Both the position numbers and the translations under genes were made by a program. The notes below the pieces were generated by a model. The model was not told the DNA's origin. It saw only the letters and a list, made by a program, of their open reading frames with translations, and searched no databases. Positions 52,770 to 64,000 of a stretch of DNA of 64,000 nt are shown in pieces. The stretch is from Callorhinchus milii. Taxonomy: Eukaryota. The DNA is taken from positions 50,036,001-50,100,000 of the forward strand of contig NW_024704742.1 of NCBI RefSeq assembly GCF_018977255.1, given 5' to 3'. The first letter of the stretch is position 1. Every line of letters begins with the position of its first letter.

Positions 52770-54281
52770 GTTTTGGTCGGCTGGGACATGCAGAAACCCA
52801 TCACCAAGCTTCAGAGTATCCAAACCAAACTGAGTGTTCCATGTATCCCACCTATACATGGAAATTCCAGAGATGTTTATTGGAATGGAATGCGTACTCT
52901 CTATCTGGAGAGATGCATCCTGTTTACCTAATTCCAGAGTATTAGGCCTAGGTTGAGACAAGCCTTAGGGACCCCAGACTATGTGTTGGAGCAGCATAGC
53001 TTGCCATTGAGAGCATTGCTTAGGATTTCCTACAGCTTGTCCAGCTAGGACAACCTATGAAAAAGCCGATAGGGCTTTGGCTTGCAGGGGTAATGGGACC
53101 TGAATGGGATGAGTCCCTGCCTCAATGAGGTCTACCCTTCCAGGTCCTGCAAATTGACTAGGCTGGCTGAATTGTCATCATCAGTGCCCTTGAGTAGTGC
53201 AGACCTGCTTGGCTCAGGAACTAGACTACCAAAACCGCCACAAAGGGTGAAATGCATGAGAGCATTGTCACCCTCTTCCTGTCTACAGCTTGGACACATA
53301 TCTCTCCGATTGAGCGATAGTTCTACCATTTGAAGATGTGAAGCATAAGCAGCAGCTGCTTTCCTCTCTGCAGGCCAATCAAGGTGGCTCCAGGTGCTGG
53401 ATTAAATGAACTCAGACATCTGGATAACACTTTCCAACAGCCATCACCCGAAGTTTCAAGGTTTCTCATCAGCTAGCTGGAGGACATCTGCCTCCAGCAT
53501 GGTGGGATGACCTTTACAGGACAACTTGTGACGTGATAACCACCTTGATGTTCTCAAAGTCCAAGCCCAATGCCATGATCCAGGCTTTCACAACACCAGT
53601 TGCTTAATCCAGGTTCTTATGTGAGTAGCCTTGAAAGGAGATGAGCATGACCAGAGGGCCCTTTGCCCTTTCTCTGGATGATCCTTCAGGGCAAAGTACA
53701 TGCAAATGTTGGTGTCCACCATGACCCTGAGGTACCGATAAGAATCAACAATTGCGACTGATGTCCCCAATCAATTGCTTCAAGATCTCCTCTTGGGCTG
53801 TGCAGAACCACAATTTGCACTTGGGGACACCTACCACCATGTCCCACCTGTTGGCCCAGTGTCAAGATGGCGGATGCAGCTGAGAAGGTCGCAAGGTAAA
53901 TCTGCCAGAAGCACAATATCATCTGCAAACAGAAGTCCGAAATTCTGTCAAAGAACAGATACACCAAGTCCTTCCCTTTTCATGCCATCAAACAAGTCAT
54001 TGATGAATACATTGAATAGGGTGGGTACATCTAAGGAGAAATCCACCTATGTTGATTTCATTGACTTCCAAAGCCTTTCAACCTTGTGCCTCATGAAGCC
54101 CCCAAGATGGAACCCTTGGGAATACAAGACCAAATCTTGGATTTTATCCGGAATGTGTATTCCAGCTCCACGATCTGTGTAAGGATTGGCAATGGAGTTA
54201 CTGAGCCCATCCTTCTTGAAAGCAGCATAAGGCAAGGCTGCCATTGTCACCCAGAATGAGATCAAATGAGCCAAGGGCCTT
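52770..54281 (-). mobile_element. Ancient non-LTR retrotransposon (RTE-X-like, inferred): RT, CCHC-like knuckle and conserved 3' end; internal inversion at 54022-54253
   Basis: PTLFNVFINDL...GLLFADDIVLLAD and CPSC..H...C on the minus strand; YVDFIDF..FNLVPH...IRQGC on the plus strand inside the inversion. Confidence 0.8.
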
Positions 54282-54598
54282 ATAATAATAATAATCCTTG
54301 CATTTGATATAGCACTTTTCACACCCGGAGGACATCCCAAAGTGCTTCACAGAATATACTGTAAAGTGAATTGACTGTATATTTGTGGGCGAACGCGGCA
54401 GCCAATTGCGCACAGCAATGTCCCACAAACAGTCGTAGATTGAAAATGACCAATTTATTATTTTTTGGGGGTTTTGGATGGATTATTATTAGGCGTGTGG
54501 AGTAAGGAAACTTTCCCAAGGTTTCGTCCTTCCTGGAATTGAACTCAGATCTCTCGCTTGCAAAGTGAGTGCTCTAACCACTGAGCTACAGGACTCCA
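54282..54598 (-). mobile_element. SINE family A, internally deleted subfamily, adjacent to or inserted in the RTE-X-like fossil
   Basis: Nearly identical to 21410-21748. Confidence 0.9.
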
Positions 54599-54914
54599 TA
54601 GAGTCATTATTCATTCAATAATTATGATCTTTCTCATTGTGCTCTGAGATGGGAACTTTTCACTTCTCCCTGTGGGATTCATCTTGGGCTGTGGCTTAGC
54701 ACTCCAGCCTCTCATTGCCTTCCACATTGTTGCTGCTTGTGAAGGGTGGAGTGAGGGAAGCCGATGAGGATAGTCTTGAAAATCTTCAGTGTACAAAGGC
54801 ACTAATGAGGATTTCAGAAGCAAAGGGGTTTAGGGCAAGGGTATGAGTGGTCAATTTTCTGGAAGTCGAAAAAGACAATGGATTGAATGTGCACAAACTA
54901 TTGTTTTTATACAC

Positions 54915-55655
54915 AACAACAACAACAACAACAAAATTATATTTGTAAAGCATCATTCAAGTCGGAGCTGGACAGTCAGTATTTTGGACCCGAGCTGAGG
55001 GTCAGGATCGGGGAGGGTGGAGGGCAGGGGGGGAAGCAGGGTGATCAAAAGCACGATCAATGAGGAGGGTCTTGAATGGGCCTTGAGGGAGACAAGGGAG
55101 GGGCGAAGCGGAGGTTACTGCAGGATGGAGTTCCAGAGGGTGGTGGTAGAGTGGCAGAAGGCCTGCCCGCCAATGGGACATGAAGCAGGCCGGAGCCCAC
55201 TGAGCGGAGGAAGAGGCAGGATGGTAGGGGGTTAGGAGGTTGCAGAGGTAGGGGGAGCAAGACCATGGAAGGTTCCGGACTGGCATATTAAGATGCAGTG
55301 TGCTTCAATGGATGGTGATGCTGTCAGAGCTTGAGGTGTGGAGGCGCTGAAGGGAGCCAATCAGGAGAGCCTCGGCCTCATTGACATTCAACCGAAGAAA
55401 GTTAGCTCTCATCCAGGATTTGATGTCTGAGACATTCTGTCAGCACAGCAGTTGTTCTGGAGTCGAGGGTGGAGGCAGAGAGGTACAGTTGGGTATTATC
55501 TGCATACATGTGGAAGTTGACCCCATGTCTGCGGATGATGTCACCAAGAGGGAGCATATAGATATTGAAAAGGAGGGGACCAAGGACAGAGCCCTGAGGA
55601 ACGCCGCATGAGAAGGTGCCGGGGCTAGAGGAGAAACCATTTGTGGAGACCGTGC
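54915..55655 (-). mobile_element. L2 LINE fragment (RT plus 3' tail, internally deleted)
   Basis: [21 protein letters not shown]...[11 protein letters not shown]; (CAA)n at ~54915-54933. Confidence 0.9.
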
Positions 55656-57149
55656 ACACAAACAATTGGCAACTTAAATTTATCCTTTACTGCTTCACAA
55701 GCCTAAATCACAGAAAAATTGACAGAAATCAAATAAGTGCAAGAATGACAAAATAACATAGCTCGTGGTTATTTTTATCAAGCAAGTACTATAGAAAGTA
55801 AATATCAATTATTTGTATATGAGATAATATTTAAATTAAGGAATATTTTTTATTTTCACAAGACTTTCAAAGATAATACTTGCTTCTGATACCTATTTCA
55901 GATTGTGTTGATTCTACTAAGATCAATATTCCTTCTCAGTGGGGACATTTCAAATGAAAAAATGTGTTTAAGCTATTTCTCTCACCCAATAAAAGTTTCC
56001 TCCTGGACTTTAGAGTGCTCACAACCTGTAAATGCTTTATGAAGTCCATGTAGTCAAATCCAGAGATCACAAGAAAGGTTCAGATGAAGCTGTTTGGATA
56101 TGCAAGATGGGATTTGAAGGGATGGAAGCTGATGAGGAGTAGAAACAGCAGCTTGGAATAATTGGGCCGAATGGACTGTTTTGTGCTCTGCATGTAATTC
56201 TTTGTAACTGCAGAATTGCAAATATGAGTATATCATTTTCGCATGACTGCATTAGGCTGCTTCTTCAATGAGTACAGGGTCCTACTTACTGGTGTCTGTC
56301 ATAAAATTGCTCTTCTTCAGCCTTGAACCTGTGCCCTCTTGTCCTACTGCCTTAGGGTAGTTTACAGTTGGATACACCATCTAAAACTCTTCTCATGGAA
56401 GACAGTACTCCCTTGCTGATGATCAGTAGAATAAAACATAAAAGGAAACCACAGCTAACTTTATAGCTTTACATAGCAAAATTACTTAGAGAATATACTA
56501 TTAATGGTATGGGAACTGTTTCCAAATCCAGTTTGGATAGTATTAAAGGATACTGTTAAAGGAAAAGATAGTTCAACAATAAATGGTGTATATACCAAAC
56601 ATATTTTTGTACCCAAACAGAAGTATGTGAGGTAAAATGGAGGTTAGTGGGATAGAGATGATCACTGCATGCTGACCTTCACTGCGATATTTCCAAATCT
56701 ACATAAATCAAGTTGGTTATGGGCATGATCATGGGAAAACATTACTCCAAGACATATTCTGGGATTCCCAAGCCTTAGCTCTTGCCAGTGGCGGAACCTG
56801 ACTCTGAGCTGGAGGGGGCGGGGTGGGGTGGGGTGGGGGAGGTGACCATAAGCATGTTTGAAAAGGAAGGTTTTCAGGTGGGACTTGAAAAAGGGGAAAG
56901 AGGGGGCATCGCGGAGGAATTAATGGAGAGTTTGGGAGCATAGTGGCTGAATGCGCGATCTCCAAGGGGAAAGAATGTTTTCCTTTCCAGATGCAGGGAA
57001 ATTTCCATGTATGTGCATATGTGGAATTTTCAATCTGGTTTGGATACTTCACCTGGCTTACCAAAAAATAAAACTAGTTGTGCCTTAAAGATGACAAGAA
57101 TTATTTTGAAACATTGAGCTGGGTGGCTATGGACATTAAGCCTGTCTTT

Positions 57150-57490
57150 GTATTTGATATAGTGCCTAATCATGTCTTTGACACATCTCATAGCGCTTCA
57201 CAGGATATACTGTAAAGTGAATTGACGGTATATTTTGTGGGCAAAACACGGCAGCCAATTGCACACAGCAGTTTCTCACAAACAGTTGTGGATTGAGTGA
57301 CCATATTTTTTTTAAGGAATTATTACCCCTGGAAAAACGATCTGCCAATCGACTAACAACCGTGCTCCTGCTTATGTAAACAGAGGCGTGTGGAGTAAGG
57401 AAATTTGCCTAACATTTGGCCCTGCCTGGGAATCAAACCCAGGTCCACTCAGTTGCGAGGCGAGTGCTCTAGCCACTCAGCTACAGGAAT
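57150..57490 (-). mobile_element. SINE family A, full length
   Basis: Reverse-complement head (gagtgctctagccactcagctacagga) and body. Confidence 0.85.
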
Positions 57491-58374
57491 CTACGAAGGT
57501 GCCCATCCAGCATTTTCAAGCATTTTGAGACGGCATCCTGATGTCAACAACAACAATAAAATTACACTTGTATAGTGTCTTTCACATCGGGAGGACGTCA
57601 AAGGCGCTATGTAAATGAGAATTGCATTGTTTGATAAATTAGACACCAGTGTCCAACAATTCCATATTTCACACTGGACTAAAGATCCTTACAAACATGC
57701 GAGCCTCATCAAAGTACTGCAGTACTGTTAATAGCTCAGTTTAAGTTATCCCTTCTTTGGCTATGTCACTGACGTCTAAGTTAGCTACATTGCATTTTAC
57801 AATATCACAAGAAATTTGGATGAACAAGGCCATTCAGGCTATTTTATCTCATCCCAACTGAATACCCAACCTGACATCCTCCCTTGAATCCACAGTGCTA
57901 AGTTCAACCGTCCTTCCTGGTAACCTATTCCAGTTGTTAATCATACTCAGTATAAAGCAATCATTTCCCACACTTGCATTTAGCAAATTCAGATGCTCAT
58001 GCCATGTAATTAACCTTAGGTTTCAAAAGATCATAAAATAGATTTTATTCCCATATTTCAGCAGCAATCCTGTGAGTCATACTGTCTTATTAAATTTATG
58101 AAATAGTAGTTATGGTAAGGACAAACATACCTATGCGNAAAAAAAGTTTTATTCAATGTTTTATTCAGGGGGAGGTATATCACTTCTGAGAATGCTTTAT
58201 CTTCATACAGAATTGCAGCTAATAAATTCAGAATGGCATTTGTCCCATTAGTGGGCAAAGCAACACAACTTCCTCTATTATTTGTGCTATAATATAATCC
58301 CTGCATTTGATAAAGAGACTTATTTTATCATCGAGATGTTATCATCAAGACTTCACGGGATTTTACTGTGATTA

Positions 58375-59120
58375 ATAATAATAATAATCCTTGCATTTAG
58401 TATAGCGCCTTATCATGTCTTCAAGACATCTAAAAGCGCTTCCCACGATATTCGGTAAAGTGTAGTGACTGTGTATTTTGTGGGCGAAACACGACAGTCA
58501 ATTTCATACAGCAGTGTCCCATGAACAGTCGTGGATTGAGTGACCAAATAATTTTTTAAGGGATTATTGCTTCCGGAAAGCGATCCGCCAATCGACTTAC
58601 ATCCGGGTAACAAAATAGTAAAATTTTAATCATTAAACTAACAACCCACCAATTGACTAACAAACACACACTCACAACACCTGACTCATTAACAAATCAA
58701 CAACAAATAAAATTTACACAGCGCCTTTCATGTCAGGAGGATGTCCCAAGGTGTTGGACTGTGGAGGGTTTGCATCCAAGCTGGGAGAGGAAGGGTTGGA
58801 AATATATAGGGTATAAAACCATGCATGCATACACACGCATGCACGTGTAGAGACTGTATTTGTAACGAATGCGACACTGTTTACCGAACAGTAAGTAGGA
58901 ACCAGGGTTTTTCCAGGGTTAATAATCCCTTCCAAAAAAAAACAATAATTTCATCACTCAATCCATAACTGTTTGAGGGACACTGCTGTACGAAACTGTC
59001 TACCACATTTCACCCACAAAATATACAGTCAATTCACTTTACAGTATATTCTGTGAAGCACTTTCAGTCATTTCAAAGACTTCATGAGACGCTATATCAA
59101 TTGCAAGGATTATTATTGTT
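58375..59120. mobile_element. Inverted pair of headless SINE A copies (58375-58600 minus, ~58890-59120 plus); other partial copies at 15340-15545, 27325-27458, 28680-28890, 33468-33600, 41935-42056, 43178-43345
   Basis: Shared core cccacaaaatatacagtcaattcactttacagtatattctgtgaagc. Confidence 0.8.
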
Positions 59121-62100
59121 AGTATTAGTAAGAATAGTCGTATTCCACACAGCAATGCTCCACAACAGCCTTGAGGTAATAAACCAATTTTATCCAGGGG
59201 ATTGTTGGCCAGAACACGAGAGAAACTCCCCTCTATTTTCAAATAGTGTTTTGGGATTTTTAAAGTCTACTTGAACAGATGGCTGCTGCACGCAGCTTTT
59301 GATCCAATCATTTTAAGAAAGTCTGAGGGGTGTCATTGACAAGATAAAGGCTGGACCAGAAATTCTGACAAAATGAAAATTAGTGCTGGAGATAATTATC
59401 AGACCAAAGATAGCATTCTTCACTTCATGCTTTCTTTCACCCATTCCTTGTCTTTCCACTCATTTTCCTTCCAAATGGATGTTTTAGGTGTACAGTTTAA
59501 TTAAAGAGCTGCTACTCTTCATGTATTCTTTACTAATTGAATTCCGTGCTCAATAATTCAAAGAATTTACAGGATACTTTGGAGACTCGAGGCTAAAAGT
59601 AGAAGTGCAATTGATTTTTCCCCTCATAATTCTTAATAATTTTTTTGCTGTGACCTTATTTCAAAAACTTTTCTATATTTTTTCCTTCTGCTGTGATGCC
59701 TTGGGAAGCCCTCCCGATGCAAAAGGTGCTATATACATGCAATTTATGGTTGTTGTGGACAATTAGATCACTAGTGGCATATATTATTTTGGATTTAGTG
59801 TAACAGTCACAATGGAGAGTTCAGTTAGCTTTTGATCCTTTGAGAAGTGTCTGAAGTCTAAACTCCCTTCACTATTTGTCTTCTTTCCCTTCCTTCAAAA
59901 TCTTCCCGAAAGCCTAGCCCTTTGACCGTGTTTCAGGCAGCATCCTTAACCCCGCCACTTCCCCCACCCTGCCTCCCCCCAACCCCCCTCCACTTGCCCC
60001 GCCATTTCTTTCCACCTAATTTGTAATGTATTTTGAGACAATATAGAACCAACAAAGTAGAAAGCCATTTAACCCATTATATTAGGTGTTGGTGTTCAGG
60101 CCTCTGATAAAGCTATTTATCCTTATGTCAATACCTTTCTCTTTCCCTGTAATACGTTTTTGCCACATTTGTGTATCCATGGTGAGATATTCCACCTGGG
60201 TCTAGATTTACTACATTTATGTATCATGTTAGTCATTTTTATAAAGTTCTTTTAAGAACTAGAGAACACCAGTTTCAAAGTTAAGACAAATTCAACATTT
60301 TGGGAAATTCTGGACTCTCTGAAATGCTACATGAATTGAGTAAATTGAATTTCTCCCCACTAACTCTCCAATCACTCCTATGTGAAAAGCAGTATTATAG
60401 AAGTTGTTGTTCTGCTGAAAAAAATATTATTAACCATTATTGACGGGTGTCTGACACATGTGGAAAACCCTCACCATGCTAATGAATATCAAAACTAGAC
60501 TGAGAATGGGTGGGGTAGTCCTAGCTGGACAAGCAGTGGTGTTTTGTGCACTAGTTGAATGTACATCAAGCAGGAAGTAACATCATAATGACCTGACTTT
60601 GCCGAAGTCAGCTATTTTATTGTGCTTCACCTATAGCTTGGCATCTTATCTGAGCAATTGGACTCACATTACTGCATTAGAGTGAGGTTCCCAATGATTC
60701 CTTTTCGTTACAGTCTTATTATTTACCACCAATTTCTTATTTCTTCCAAACCCTTCTGTTCCCCTCTCTCATGTGAAAGTCTAGCTTCCTCCTAAATGCA
60801 TCTACATATTTTCTAACAATTGGAAAAGAAGATAGTTTGGGGACTCGATGAGACAGTGATTTAAAACACTACCTTTCAGCTCAGGGAGTAGGAATCAGAC
60901 TGATAGGACATGAGAAGACTTCCTGTCTGCTGGAAGGATCATGAGGAAAGTGAATTTGGCAGCTTTAGTCCAGGTCCCATGGGCAACACTAAGTTCATAA
61001 CAGAGTGATAAATAATTCAGCAATAATTGACAGATAATTGGCAGAGGGCACCGGAATGGAGATGTGAGAAATGAAAATGTTTTTCTGGTGTAATATTAAG
61101 TTCTCTTTTGAGGCTTGCATCAAAGCATATCACTGGGATATTCGACAGTGTCGAACTCACACTGTGCTTGACCTGCAAGAGTTTGATGCTGACACTGAGC
61201 AAAGAAAGAAAAATGTTTCATTTCACAGTGCCCACATTCATCAACCTGACAAGCACAAAACAATTCAGACCAATTTTTTTTCTTTTTTCTTACCTCTTCT
61301 AGAAAGTCAACTTTTACAGTGTGATACACTTTTCAAATTGTTTTTGTACTTTCATTGACTGTTAAGAATGCCTTGTTCCATGGTACTCTTTATAACTCCT
61401 CAATCAGGAAACAACCTGCAATTCTCCAGAGCAACAAGGGTTTAGAGAAATATATTCCCATCCAGCAGACATGTGGAATGGATTGAATTGAAATGGGCAG
61501 AGAAAAATTAAAAGTCATGACCTTTGAATATCTCCTCTAATTCTCGTTCTCCCCCCCTCTTCTCCAAAACCCCCCAGCAACAACAGTTTTGGAACTGAAC
61601 AAAAACTATCAGTCATTGTTGACTACTTCTGTATTATTGCTGTCTGCTGCTTTATTGAGAACAGGACTATTTCTTTTTATTTCTAAGTATGGTTATTTTG
61701 TCTTAAAACTTATCAGAATTGTGGGATATTCTTAAATTCAAACTCAACCTTTTTTTTAAGAATTGCAGAAAATTGGATTACAAATTAAGGAAATATTTTC
61801 TTCTGTTTAAAAAACGTACCCTCTGCCTTCACAGGTCTGAAATTCCTTCTGGTCATTTTGTCTCAAAATGTAAAATGGCACAGAATTGTGGAGAATTCTT
61901 AAAAGGAGTTTTAATTTGGAAACCAAGTTTCCACAATTCTTAAGTTTGAATTGAAGATTTTTCCTAAATTCTGCAATGTGTCTCCCCAACCCTCTCTTTC
62001 CCTCTCTGCCTTCCTATCTGTTTTTGTGTGCGTGCATGTCGCTCTTTGCAACTAACTGTGTCAGTGTGTTTATGTGTCTCTATCGATATTCTTACCAGTA

Positions 62101-62189
62101 TCAAATCTTTCCATCTCATGGTGCTTGATTAAGATAGAGAATTTTGTTATTACCCACACAACTAAATTTTTGACCATCATTGCAGCCCA

Positions 62190-62600
62190 ACTGCATTTGA
62201 TACAGTGCCTTATCAGGTATTTGAGACGTCTCAAAGTGCTTCTCAGGATTTTACTGTAAAGTGGTGTTATTGTGCATATTTTTCAGATGAGTGCAGAAGC
62301 CAATTTGTGCATAGCAATGTCCCATAAATACCCATGGAGTGAATGACCAATTTATTTGAGGAATCCTGGCCAGGAAACTGGGAGAAACTCTTATTCTTTT
62401 TGAATAGTGCCATGGCATCATTTAACGTCCAACTGGACAGGTCCTCGGTTTAACATCTCATTTGATGGACAATACCTCCAACAATGCAGCAACCTCAGCA
62501 TTATATTAGAATGTCATCATAAACTATGTTGGTTTCAAGTCCTGACATGGGGCTTGAAAGAATAACCTTCTGATTCAGGGGCAAGAGTTGCAGACTGACA
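62190..62600 (-). mobile_element. Older Deu-domain (SacSINE/AmnSINE-like) SINE family B; other copies ~2290-2590, 8085-8300, 23140-23455, 23980-24342, 30125-30510, 33365-33735, 33860-34195, 35020-35260, 36010-36420, 39440-39740, 45300-45575, 49540-49690, 59130-59280
   Basis: Recurrent GATGAGAYRTTAAACCGAGG..TCTGCCTGTTCAGGTGGA..AAAGATCCCATGGCACTATTC and GCAAATTGGCTGC motifs. The family name is from recall of Deu-SINE consensus, not from an alignment. Confidence 0.75.
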
Positions 62601-63109
62601 CATAAGAATGTATGTATGCTCTGAATGTATTCTTTAGTTTGATATTAACTTTAATCTTTGTGGACTGAGACCCAGAATATAATATTCCAATCAAAACTCC
62701 TTTCTGCAAAAGATTCTATCATAGATTTTGGCTCTGAATAAAACAATTCAGAAACGTGCACAAAATACTTGGGATCTCCTCCCAAAAGGAAGGACATACA
62801 AACTGCCTGAGGATTTTAGTTGCTCACTTCTGAATAGCTGAAAACACGGAGTGGTTAGTCCTCAGGAATATAAAGGAGAAATATTGTTTGTCATTTAATG
62901 GCAGCAACATTTCTGGAAGGATAAGATCAAATAGTTGAAGGGCCTTCTCTTCAAAACCTCTCTTATGAGCTTGTAAATAGTTATTACACCCAGTCTATGC
63001 AGGAAGGCAAGAATAATGCTTGGCTTTTCTGCCTCCTTCATTTCCAGAAAATAGCAAAATCAAACCAACTTAATAATAGTATTGTAGATCTTTTTTATTC
63101 CTGTAAGTT

Positions 63110-63695
63110 TGCTTTGGAACTCCATCCCATAGTCGCTTTGCCTTGCTTTGCCCCCTAGCTTGCTTCCTTTAAGGCTCAGCTCAAGACTCTCCTCTTCAAC
63201 CATATCTTCATCACCCTCCTAGTTCTACCTCCCTGCCCTCCACCTCTTCTGATCCTATCACCCATCCTTGCCCAATTCCACTGGCAAACAGAGGATACAG
63301 TTCATAATCCTGGTCCTCACCTTTAAATCCCTCCATGGCTTTGCTCCCTCCTACTTCTGTGACCTCCTAACCCCCTACCATCCTGCTCGCTCCCTCCGCT
63401 CAGCGGGCTCCGGCCTGCTTCACCGTCCCCCGCCTCATCTACCCCACTATTGGCATGCAGGCCTTCTGCTACTCTGCCCCTACCCTCTAGAACTCCATCC
63501 CATAGTCCCTCCGCCTCGTCTCCTCCCTTGCCTCCTTCAAGACCTATCACAAAGCACTCCTCTTCAACTGTGCTTTCAATCACCCTGCTTCCCCCCCTGC
63601 CCTCCACCGTCCCCAATCCTGACCCCCAGTTTGGGTTCATAACTCTGTCTGTCCAGCGCCTTGGGATGTCCTCCCGATGTGAAAGGCCCTATACA
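63110..63695 (+). mobile_element. Two tandem L2 3' fragments
   Basis: QRIQFIILVLTFKSLHGFAPSY peptide; L2 3' UTR motif. Confidence 0.8.
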
Positions 63696-64000
63696 ACAAC
63701 AACAACAACAAGATTCCATTTATAGAGCGCCTTTCACGTCGGGAGGATGTCCCAAGGCGCTGTACAGTTGGGTCAGGACCCGAGCAAGGGGGGAAATGGT
63801 CAGGGTGAAGGGAGGGAATGGAGGGAGCGAGGAGGGGGGAAATGGTCAGGGTAAGGGGAGGGAAGGGAGGGAGCGATGAGAGGGTAGAGAGTCGAGAGGG
63901 GAGCTGAAGGCACGGTCAAAGAGAAAGGTCTTGAGACCAGCCTTGAAGGAGGAAAGGGAGGAGGCAAGGCGAAGGCACTGGGGGATAGAGTTCCAGAGCC
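63693..64000 (-). mobile_element. L2 3' end, tail-to-tail with the preceding copy; runs off the window
   Basis: (CAA)n followed by the reverse-complement L2 3' UTR; contains a ~45-bp internal tandem duplication at ~63789-63880. Confidence 0.82.

Noticed and set aside
54022..54253. Twin-priming explanation for the inverted RT segment
   Set aside because: Element-like sequence continues colinearly beyond the outer breakpoint and both junctions restore in frame, which favours a post-insertion inversion.
51800..64000. Last exons of the neighbouring gabra2 expected from synteny
   Set aside because: I recognised no alpha-subunit coding sequence; the region is repeats and AT-rich spacer.

Overview
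AT-rich, repeat-dense vertebrate genomic DNA, probably from a cartilaginous fish. That assignment is inferred from the repeat landscape (tRNA-headed Deu-domain SINEs, L2, CR1, a Penelope-type palindrome), most resembling a holocephalan. The only host gene I can support is the 5' part of a GABA-A receptor gamma-1 subunit gene (gabrg1) on the minus strand. Coding exons 1-6 are at 51513-51619, 22280-22428, 13749-13816, 7410-7630, 2862-2944 and 1171-1308 (107/149/68/221/83/138 nt). They splice in frame into a signal peptide plus the extracellular Cys-loop domain, and the transmembrane exons lie beyond the left edge. The rest is intron or upstream sequence filled with L2, CR1 and RTE-X-like LINE fragments, two SINE families and several MITEs. 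Highlights: a GC-AG intron 2; a gamma2-like Phe at the benzodiazepine-site residue where mammalian gamma1 has Ile; a palindromic element with two degenerate hammerhead-ribozyme cores in intron 1; an L2-inside-L2 inverted insertion predicting a ~670-bp hairpin in intron 4; and a clean 232-bp microinversion inside an old RT fossil. I see no evidence of a wholly new multi-gene system. Most ORF-track entries are repeat-derived or spurious. Repeat boundaries are approximate.
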